A stretch of DNA of 64,000 nucleotides from sequence record SRR22947725_171, one strand, 5' to 3'. Under the pieces are notes generated by a model that was not told the origin of the DNA, did no database searches, and was given only the letters and a program-made list of their open reading frames with translations. The position numbers and the translations under genes were made by a program. Positions 51,108 to 58,938 of this stretch are shown here, piece after piece (within the stretch, counting starts at the first letter, position 1; each line of letters opens with the position of its first letter).

Positions 51108-52628
51108 TTACAGTGGCGCTGCCCCTCCTTCAGAAACTCTTTTTTCAACAAATCCAGAAAGCTCCTCCTCGACCTCAGGAGCAAGCTTAGGCTCTTTATA
51201 ATCTTCTAGAAGCTGCTTCCATATTTTATTAGCCCTTTGGGAAGCCGTTTTGGATCCTGCATCCCTCCATGATTCAAAGTTACGCCAGTCTGATAGCATT
51301 GGATTATAGTGCTCGGTTTCATAGCGATCTAGGGTTTGCTGGGCTGCAAAAAAATGAGAGGCAGGGCCAACTTCTGCAATAGCCTCAACGCCAAGAGTGT
51401 CGCTATTAACTGGCGATGGCATAAGAAATGCCTCCATCATTTGATTCATCTCTGCATCTAAGATGACCTTCTCATATGACGCACAGAGCCCGCCCTCTAT
51501 CCAGCCGTGCCCATGCAAAATAAAGTTCACTTGTCCAAGTAGGCATGCCCACAAAGACATCTGAGATTCATAAACGGATTGCTCATCGGGCGCATTGGAG
51601 GCGTTTGCATTTGAAGCGCGAAGAGGGATTTTATATTTTCTAGCAAGCTGACCACTTGCGATTGTCGCCTGAGTATATTCAGGTGTACCAAATGCAGGGG
51701 AACCAGACTTCATATCCACGTTTGATGTGAAGCTACCATAGATCGCTGGAGCCCCCGGATTAACGCATTGATGAAAAGCAAGGCCAGCAAGTGCCTCTGC
51801 ATTTTGCTGAACGAGTGCTCCTGCAACAGTAATTGGGGCCATAGCCCCTGCCAAAGTGAAGGGGGTATAGATAACAGGCTGATTATGTTCGGCCATTTCA
51901 ATGGCTCCCTCCAAGAGTGCCTTGTCATAAACCAATGGAGAATTCGCATTGACGACCGTCGTAATTGATGGCTCTTTTAAAAGCGTTTCTCTGTCAATAC
52001 CTCTTCCAATTCTAACAATTTCGATGGCATCTAACATTCTCTCGCTGCCGATAGCGTATCCAAATAATGGCTTTGTAGATAAACGAGCTGCTGCCGATAC
52101 TGCATGCAAATGTCGCTCACTAACATCTAAATCACAAGGTTCAACGGGGTATCCTCCTAATGCATGAACCGTATTCAATATCTCTCCGAGCTTAATTAAG
52201 TTTGAATAATCTTCAAAGTTACCTAAGATCCGGCCTCTATCCAGATCGGAGACATTGGGAGCACTCGATACTAGAGTATTGATGACTGATTGGCCACCAA
52301 CATGAACGTGTCTGCCCTTGTGTCTTCCATGAAGAGTAAATTCGCTAGGGGTTGTAGAAATTTTTTCCATCACAAAGTCAGGATCAAACCTAACCCGGCG
52401 GCCATCACTACCAATCATTGCGCCTTCTCTCTTGAGAATTTCGACAGCACGCGGTGACTGGATATCCATTCCAGTATCACACAATACCTTTAATGATGCC
52501 TGATGGATTGCCTCTATCTCATCCTCAGAAAAAATAGACATCGGCTGAAAGGGGTTCTTTTTTTGGCCATAGGGAGCCTGCTGAAAGCTAGTAACCTCTC
52601 TAACGCTTTTACTTCGACCTCTTCTCAT
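51108..52628 (-). CDS. MttB-superfamily methyltransferase, non-pyrrolysine (MtgB-like)
   Basis: EAIHQASLKVL, NANSPL, TPFTLAGAMAP, SNVDMKSGSPAFGTPE, HGHGWIEGGL. Confidence 0.92.
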   Translation of the reverse strand: MRRGRSKSVREVTSFQQAPYGQKKNPFQPMSIFSEDEIEAIHQASLKVLCDTGMDIQSPRAVEILKREGAMIGSDGRRVRFDPDFVMEKISTTPSEFTLHGRHKGRHVHVGGQSVINTLVSSAPNVSDLDRGRILGNFEDYSNLIKLGEILNTVHALGGYPVEPCDLDVSERHLHAVSAAARLSTKPLFGYAIGSERMLDAIEIVRIGRGIDRETLLKEPSITTVVNANSPLVYDKALLEGAIEMAEHNQPVIYTPFTLAGAMAPITVAGALVQQNAEALAGLAFHQCVNPGAPAIYGSFTSNVDMKSGSPAFGTPEYTQATIASGQLARKYKIPLRASNANASNAPDEQSVYESQMSLWACLLGQVNFILHGHGWIEGGLCASYEKVILDAEMNQMMEAFLMPSPVNSDTLGVEAIAEVGPASHFFAAQQTLDRYETEHYNPMLSDWRNFESWRDAGSKTASQRANKIWKQLLEDYKEPKLAPEVEEELSGFVEKRVSEGGAAPL

Positions 52629-52661
52629 ATTTTGAGATTTAAATTTACTTCAATAGAACCG

Positions 52662-52713
52662 ATGTTAATTTAAAAAAGTATCAAACTCAAGTTAAAAAAA
52701 TTAAGTAAAAATA
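52662..52713 (-). promoter_or_regulatory. Sigma70 promoter, copy 2 of a duplicated 52-bp element
   Basis: Minus strand TTGAGT-N17-TAACAT; 45/52 identical to 51039-51090. Confidence 0.7.
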
Positions 52714-52734
52714 GTGAGCTGTGTTCAGCTCACT
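52713..52734 (-). terminator. Intrinsic terminator after the SnoaL-like gene
   Basis: AGTGAGCTG-TGTT-CAGCTCACT 9-bp stem, followed on the minus strand by ATTTTT, 10 bp after the stop at 52744. Confidence 0.65.
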
Positions 52735-52743
52735 GATAAGTTT

Positions 52744-53757
52744 TTAAGTTCTTGGAGTCTTTTTGATTCGATCTAAAATATCAACACCCTGTTGATTCCA
52801 AAAATGCAAGAGATCAATAAAAATCCAATTTTCAGAGAGTTTATCTCCTTCACGACGATACATATCTATAACCCTCATATCTCCAGGTTTTTCAGAAGCA
52901 GGCATTCCCATAAAACCACCTGTAGGAGTGAGTGTGAGATTAGGCCATCCAAAAAAACCTCCAAAATGACCTTCCGCAAGTTTACAAAGATGGCCATTAG
53001 AGATACGATCCTTAAAACCAGCCCTAAATGGGCCAGAGTGCTGCTCAGCATACCTTTCAATTGTATAACTTGAGCCAATACCAGCAGGACCCCACCAAAT
53101 CATATCTTCGTTCCAGCTAGCTCTAAGTTCATCAACTAATGATATTTTTCCTGTGTGCTTCCAACCTTTAATATCTTCAATCATAAAGTTTATTGAAGCT
53201 AGTGTCTTTTCACCTTCTTCCATATTTTGCTCTTCGTGCAACAAGCCCTCATGAGTCATCGGTCCTGGCTGAACAAGATGGGCACCTGTTTGAGGTGGAA
53301 AGGGGTTTAATCCAACCTGCAGCATGACATGTGGAATATCAAAAAACATTGCAGTTTCAGTAATTTTTCCATTTTCAACTTTATTAAACTCACAGTAACG
53401 AAGGAAGGCCATTTTTCTTGAGGGCTGAATTCCAAGCCATTCATTATCAAATAGACCCATAAGATTTCCCATAGAAATTACCCAGACAGATTCAAATCCG
53501 TCAATTTGATTTTTTCCTGCAATGAAAATATCCATACGTCTTTGAATATTTTTAAATGCATGACGAAATGGCTGCCAGAAAATTTCAGAAACCTCCCTGG
53601 CATCCGAAATCTCATTAAAAGGATGGAAACCTCTCCAAATATAATCCTCACTAATATAGTTTTGTAAAACTTTTGTAATATCATTACCATTCGCAGAATC
53701 TAGTGCTTTGTAATAATCACGAATTAAGTTTTTTTCGTTTTGAAAATTTGTAGTCAT
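52744..53757 (-). CDS. SnoaL-like/ester cyclase protein (tandem NTF2-like domains)
   Basis: RRMDIFIAG, LRYCEF..VENGKI.E, MIWWGPAGIG, GWPNL, MRVIDMYRREGDKLSENW. Confidence 0.75.
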   Translation of the reverse strand: MTTNFQNEKNLIRDYYKALDSANGNDITKVLQNYISEDYIWRGFHPFNEISDAREVSEIFWQPFRHAFKNIQRRMDIFIAGKNQIDGFESVWVISMGNLMGLFDNEWLGIQPSRKMAFLRYCEFNKVENGKITETAMFFDIPHVMLQVGLNPFPPQTGAHLVQPGPMTHEGLLHEEQNMEEGEKTLASINFMIEDIKGWKHTGKISLVDELRASWNEDMIWWGPAGIGSSYTIERYAEQHSGPFRAGFKDRISNGHLCKLAEGHFGGFFGWPNLTLTPTGGFMGMPASEKPGDMRVIDMYRREGDKLSENWIFIDLLHFWNQQGVDILDRIKKTPRT

Positions 53758-53759
53758 AT

Positions 53760-55364
53760 TTATTCCTTTTCTAATATCATTCTAGCTCCTCGCTCAGCAA
53801 TCATCATCGTTGGTGCGGAAGTATTTCCACTCACGATGCTTGGCATGATTGAGGCATCTATAACCCGGAGATTACTCAACCCTTTAACCTTTAAATTATC
53901 TGGTGAAACGACTGATAGATCGTCAGTACCCATTTTGCAGGTCCCTACAGGATGATAGACGGTAACTGCAGTCTTACGAATATATGCCAATAGATCCTCA
54001 TCTGACTGGATAGATTTTCCTGGAGCCATCTCCTCTCCTCGAACTTCGTCAAACTCTTCAGATGATAAAACTTCTCTTGCTTTTTTAATTGCCTCAACAA
54101 TGGTTGCCTCATCCCTGGTATCAGATAAAAAATTGTGGTCAATCAGCGCCTTGTGTATGTCTCCATCCTTCTTAATTTTTACTGATCCTCTACTATGGGG
54201 TCTTAATAAACATGTAAAGAGTGAGTATCCATGCCCAAACTCAAACTTTCTGCCTCGATGACTCCGGTATATAGGCGTGAAGTGAAACTGAACGTCGGGA
54301 TAATCAGGTTGGCCAAGTTTTGTGTTTGCAAAACCTCCAACTTCAACATAATTACTCGTCCACCAACCCATCCTCCTCAGAAGAAAATTGAATGGAGAGG
54401 TAATGACTTTTGGCAACAGAGACCTCCAAGAAATACCAATTGACTCTGCTTTGTTTGATCGAACTGTGACCATAGTATCGAGGTGATCTTGAAGATTCTC
54501 ACCAACTCCTGGAACATTGTGTTGACATCTAATCCCTTCGGCTTCAAGCTCTTCCTTATTCCCTATCCCTGAGGATAAAAGTATCCTTGGTGACTCAATG
54601 GCACCAGCAGATAGCACAATCTCTTTATTGCAATGTAATTCTTTATCAACACCATTCACTTGAATCTTCAAACATTTAGCAGTATCACCTTCAATCTCAA
54701 TTGATTGGACTCTGGCATGAGTCATTATGGTTAGATTAGTCCTCGAAACAATAGGCTTAATAAAGGCTCTATACGAGTTCACTCGAGTGCCTTTATCCTG
54801 AGTAACCTTGTAATCACCCAGACCTAACTGAGAGACGCCATTAAAGTCTGTGTTATATGCAAGTCCTATATGATTTCCCGCACGGATAAAGCGTTGGGCC
54901 GTTTTATTGATGTCTTGTTGAATAACGACTGGCCACTCTCCATCCATCGAATGGTAAGTAGGGTCTCCGCCTGTTTGATCGTTCTCAAGTTTTTTAAAGA
55001 TTGGCAAAACATCATTATAAGACCAGCCCTTGCATCCTAGTCTTTCCCAATGATCATAATCATTCTTATTACCACGGATATAAATCATGCCATTAATGGA
55101 GCTCGATCCTCCAAGACACCTACCTCGATTGACCTTTATTAATCGGTCATTCAAATGTTTTTGGGGAGCGGTCTTATAGTTATAATCAAGTTTTTTATGG
55201 TCAATGGCCATAGAAAGACCGGCTGGGATTTTGACCCATGGACTCTTATCGCTACCACCGCCCTCAATAAGGCAAACAGTATTTTCAGGGTTTTCACTCA
55301 GACGATTGGCTAATACGCATCCAGCAGAACCTGCACCAATGATAATATAATCAAACGTGGACAA
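53760..55364 (-). CDS. GMC family oxidoreductase
   Basis: GAGSAGC, GRCLGGSSSING, GENLQDH, YHPVGTCKMG, GNTSAP. Confidence 0.92.
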   Translation of the reverse strand: MSTFDYIIIGAGSAGCVLANRLSENPENTVCLIEGGGSDKSPWVKIPAGLSMAIDHKKLDYNYKTAPQKHLNDRLIKVNRGRCLGGSSSINGMIYIRGNKNDYDHWERLGCKGWSYNDVLPIFKKLENDQTGGDPTYHSMDGEWPVVIQQDINKTAQRFIRAGNHIGLAYNTDFNGVSQLGLGDYKVTQDKGTRVNSYRAFIKPIVSRTNLTIMTHARVQSIEIEGDTAKCLKIQVNGVDKELHCNKEIVLSAGAIESPRILLSSGIGNKEELEAEGIRCQHNVPGVGENLQDHLDTMVTVRSNKAESIGISWRSLLPKVITSPFNFLLRRMGWWTSNYVEVGGFANTKLGQPDYPDVQFHFTPIYRSHRGRKFEFGHGYSLFTCLLRPHSRGSVKIKKDGDIHKALIDHNFLSDTRDEATIVEAIKKAREVLSSEEFDEVRGEEMAPGKSIQSDEDLLAYIRKTAVTVYHPVGTCKMGTDDLSVVSPDNLKVKGLSNLRVIDASIMPSIVSGNTSAPTMMIAERGARMILEKE

Positions 55365-55367
55365 TGA

Positions 55368-56249
55368 CTAGCCCTTGACTGCACCAGCTGTTAATCCACT
55401 AACAAGCTGTCTTTGGAAAAACATAACCAGAAGAAACAATGGAATTATGGAGGATACAACTGCTGCAACCGCAAACATAATATTACCTTCTGTTTGAGTA
55501 GTGCCCATAAAGCTGGCAATTTTAGGGACCATAGTTTGGTTTTCTTGAGATAGCAGTATCCCTGTAACAGCAAAATCATTATATGCCAAAAGAAATGAGA
55601 AGAGTCCAGCAGTAATAACTCCTGGCCACATCACTGGAATAATGACATGTCGAAATGCTTGAAACTGACTACAGCCATCTACCTTTGCACTCTCATCAAG
55701 CTCTTTCGGAATTGTTTGAAAAAATGAGTGCAACATCCACAATGTAAATGGCTGGTTTATAGCCACTAAAACAATAATAGTGGTCGGAAGTGTTCCCCAA
55801 ACATTCCAGTCATAGAAGGGTTGTAGATACCCTGAAACAAGAGTGATTGGGGGCAATGCACGAAAAACAAGTGCAATTATTAATAGCCAAAATGAATAAC
55901 GAAAACCAGACCTTGAAAGGGCATAGCCACCTAAAGTTGCAAGAGTTAATGATGTGAGTACCGTACAAAAACAAACTATCGCTGTATTAAGAAAAGCGCG
56001 CCAAAACTCTTCTTGGATCCAAGCCCCATCATAACCTGCGCCCGTAAAAGACTTTCCATGTACTACTTGCGTTCTTACCCCAGAAAAAACATTAGTCCAG
56101 TCTAACTTAGAGAAAAAATCCAGCTCTACTTTGAATGAGCCCCACATAGTCCACATAAATGGAAAAGCTGCCAGAATAAACCAGAACAATACAAAGCCAT
56201 ATATTAATATCTGGAGTGCTAGTGGTCTTTTTATTTGATTTGAAGTCAT
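55368..56249 (-). CDS. Carbohydrate ABC transporter permease (MalG-like)
   Basis: EAA loop IPKELDESAKVDG, ends GLTAGAVKG. Start 56249 preferred (ORF track start 56273). Confidence 0.92.
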   Translation of the reverse strand: MTSNQIKRPLALQILIYGFVLFWFILAAFPFMWTMWGSFKVELDFFSKLDWTNVFSGVRTQVVHGKSFTGAGYDGAWIQEEFWRAFLNTAIVCFCTVLTSLTLATLGGYALSRSGFRYSFWLLIIALVFRALPPITLVSGYLQPFYDWNVWGTLPTTIIVLVAINQPFTLWMLHSFFQTIPKELDESAKVDGCSQFQAFRHVIIPVMWPGVITAGLFSFLLAYNDFAVTGILLSQENQTMVPKIASFMGTTQTEGNIMFAVAAVVSSIIPLFLLVMFFQRQLVSGLTAGAVKG

Positions 56250-56250
56250 A

Positions 56251-57276
56251 TTATTTCTGAGGATTGAATTCACGCCATGTTCTAATCAAAACTGGCATTA
56301 GAAGTATGATGACACCAATTATTGTCAACACAGATGTTGTAGCAGCGGATGACATAAGCCTGATTTCTTGACCAATATCATTCCATATAATCCATGAAAG
56401 AGAGGTCGCATGTGCCGAGGCACTAAAACCAACTATTGGCTCAAATACTCGGAAATTATCCATCAGTTGAATTAAAGCAACAAAAGCTACTAATGGAGAT
56501 AAATGGGGCACAACGACATGATAAGTTTGCTGTAAACGAGAGGCTCCATCAATCATTGCTGCTTCTATAGTTTCTTGCGGAACAGTCTGGAGTCCAGCAT
56601 AAAAAACAATGAAGGCAAAGGGGGCAGAATGCCAAACACCATATACAATGAGTGTTATCCAGGTTAGACCAGTTGATGCCTTTAATGACAGATTAGGATC
56701 TGCAAATAATTCTTGGAGTCCTGAACCAATAATACCTCGTGAATCAATCATCCAAAACAGAATCAAAGAACCAACTAGAGGAGTTACAATCATTGGTAGC
56801 AATGAAAAGAAAACCATAAGCCCTTTAAGATGTCGATGCAGCGAGTTGACTGCCAGTGCAATTATCAATCCAAATAATATAACTAATGGTGTTACCACTA
56901 AGACAAAAGTTATAGTGAATCCCATTGCTCTATAGAATGGAAGATTATTAAGACCTGACACAAAATCAATTAAGTTTGTCTTATTCTCCCAAAGCTCACC
57001 GACCTCTTTAAAGGCTAGATGGTTTCTATCAGTATAGATTTGAAATCCAACCCACTTGCCTTTTGGCTGCTCTTCTTTGATTTGTTTACTCGCCTCATGA
57101 TCAATCGTTGTTTCAGATTTACAACCAAATGGATCACACGATTCAACAACAACCAGAACCGCATCATGAGGTGTATGAAGTGACTGACTTACAATCGAAG
57201 TTAAGGGCAGGGCAATGAACAAAAACATTGCTAAGGCTGTAGGTAAAAAGAACCAGAAAAAAGTCTTATGCTTCAT
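56251..57276 (-). CDS. Carbohydrate ABC transporter permease (MalF-like)
   Basis: AGLQTVP...EAAMIDGAS, TM segments. Confidence 0.9.
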   Translation of the reverse strand: MKHKTFFWFFLPTALAMFLFIALPLTSIVSQSLHTPHDAVLVVVESCDPFGCKSETTIDHEASKQIKEEQPKGKWVGFQIYTDRNHLAFKEVGELWENKTNLIDFVSGLNNLPFYRAMGFTITFVLVVTPLVILFGLIIALAVNSLHRHLKGLMVFFSLLPMIVTPLVGSLILFWMIDSRGIIGSGLQELFADPNLSLKASTGLTWITLIVYGVWHSAPFAFIVFYAGLQTVPQETIEAAMIDGASRLQQTYHVVVPHLSPLVAFVALIQLMDNFRVFEPIVGFSASAHATSLSWIIWNDIGQEIRLMSSAATTSVLTIIGVIILLMPVLIRTWREFNPQK

Positions 57277-57311
57277 ATGGAAATAATAAGATTAGATCAA
57301 CTCAATTATAC

Positions 57312-57344
57312 AAAAAAAGAAAAGGGCATGTATAACACACGCCC
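57312..57344 (-). terminator. Intrinsic terminator/attenuating hairpin between the binding protein and permease genes
   Basis: Minus strand GGGCGTGT-GTTAT-ACATGCCC followed by TTTTCTTTTTTT. Confidence 0.75.
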
Positions 57345-57375
57345 TAATCTTAGGAGATAAACAACTTATAAAAGC

Positions 57376-58611
57376 TTATAAATAACCTTTTTCTTTCGCA
57401 GCTGTTGTGTATGCTGCTTCTAAGCCAGCTAAAGCTTGCTCAGCAGTTTCTTTACCTTGCATGAAGTCTACTATTTCAACTCCTGCAGCTGAATGCATTA
57501 GACCTGCATATGGCAACATTGGATAGGGCTTAGTTCCCATTGCAGCAGCAGCAAATACGCCTGCAGCAGCTGGAGTAGGCTGATAACCATCAATTAGCCA
57601 AACAGCTTGTGGTGAAGTCGTATCGTTCAACATTTCTGGACGAATTGCATGCATCAAAGCCATAAAAGTAGCCTCTGCATCTGCATCTGAAATGTTCTTA
57701 GCTACAGTAAATCCATCCCACCATAATGTTGAAGCTGCAGTTGACCCGCCGCCAACTGTCATTGGGCCAGCAGTAGCTGTAGCAGCTACAACAGCTGCAT
57801 CAACCTCGTCACCTCTAAGGGCTCCAATACGTGATCCCCACATATTCATAAGTGCAACATTGCCAGCTTTCCATTCAGCACTCGTAGCATTTGAGTCATG
57901 CGTTAGGAAGTCAGGGTTCATATATTCAGATAATGCTTTCATCATATTAAGCGCATCAATGCCATGCTGATTGTTCACAGCAATCTCAGCTGTACCAGGC
58001 TTAAAGAACTCACCGCCATGACCAATATACATGTTGACAAATTCTTCTGCTAGGTTCCAACCGGCTGCATAAGCACCGCCAAGAGGGTACTTCATCCCTA
58101 AGTTATCAAATTTAACAATTTTTGCAGCAGCCGCTAACATTTCTTCATAAGTAGTCGGTACTGCAATTCTTAACTCTTTCAAAACATCTGATCTATACGT
58201 AAGATGTTGAGCATTCGCCATAAAGGCAATACCCATAATATTTCCATCAATTGTAACTAACTGGCTTTTCTGAAGACCTTGTCCATGTTTTTCAACGAGA
58301 TCATTCAAAGGTCTAATCACATCATTGTTCATTAGTGCAACAATAGAGGAGTTTGCAACAATCGCTGATGTAAATTCAGCTGGATTACCAGTCATACCTG
58401 GAAGATTAATTTTTTGATGATCAGCTGTTAAGTTTGTTTCAACTGTAACGCCATCACCAGCACACTCCATTGCTCCCGCTCCAATAGTTTGGATCGCTGG
58501 GAACTCATTTCCAACAATACTAACTCTTCCTTCAGAAATGCCGCAACCCGCCCAAGCACTTGAAGCTAGAGTAGTAAGAGCTACAACTGTAGCTATCTTT
58601 TTTAAAAACAT
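57376..58611 (-). CDS. ABC transporter substrate-binding protein (carbohydrate cluster)
   Basis: Signal peptide ending ASSAWA, LTYRSD.L, VPTTYEE. AGGAG RBS precedes ATG 58611. Confidence 0.88.
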   Translation of the reverse strand: MFLKKIATVVALTTLASSAWAGCGISEGRVSIVGNEFPAIQTIGAGAMECAGDGVTVETNLTADHQKINLPGMTGNPAEFTSAIVANSSIVALMNNDVIRPLNDLVEKHGQGLQKSQLVTIDGNIMGIAFMANAQHLTYRSDVLKELRIAVPTTYEEMLAAAAKIVKFDNLGMKYPLGGAYAAGWNLAEEFVNMYIGHGGEFFKPGTAEIAVNNQHGIDALNMMKALSEYMNPDFLTHDSNATSAEWKAGNVALMNMWGSRIGALRGDEVDAAVVAATATAGPMTVGGGSTAASTLWWDGFTVAKNISDADAEATFMALMHAIRPEMLNDTTSPQAVWLIDGYQPTPAAAGVFAAAAMGTKPYPMLPYAGLMHSAAGVEIVDFMQGKETAEQALAGLEAAYTTAAKEKGYL

Positions 58612-58675
58612 AATATCACTCCTTTTTTTCAATTAAATACTCATTAATAATACATCATATGAAACAGTAAAACTT

Positions 58676-58746
58676 TTTTGCATACGATTGCAAAATATTA
58701 TAACACAGTAAAATATCTTTTATCTATAATTTTGCATTCGTATTCA
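58676..58746 (-). promoter_or_regulatory. Extended -10 promoter flanked by two LacI-family-like operators
   Basis: Minus strand TGtTATAAT (-10 at 58697-58702). TGCATACGATTGCA at 58679-58692 and TGCATTCGTATTCA at 58733-58746. Confidence 0.6.
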
Positions 58747-58938
58747 GCAAATAGTATATATTAATTTTTTAAATCGTAACACAAAATAGGACAATCAATA
58801 TTCCTTCCAGAGGACCCCAGCTTGAAATGGGAATTTCTACAAAAATATTTAATAACAAAATAGGATAAATTATTTTTAATAAAAAATTAAATTTAAAGAG
58901 AATTATAATTTACCTTTTTATAAAAACCTTTTTATAGC

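Noticed and set aside
53760-55364. betA choline dehydrogenase
   Set aside because: Only generic GMC motifs; sits in a sugar-ABC operon without betB/betI
58782-58865. CAAAATAGGA direct repeat upstream of the TPR gene as an insertion scar
   Set aside because: Only 10 bp in very AT-rich DNA, and both copies lie on the same side of the gene
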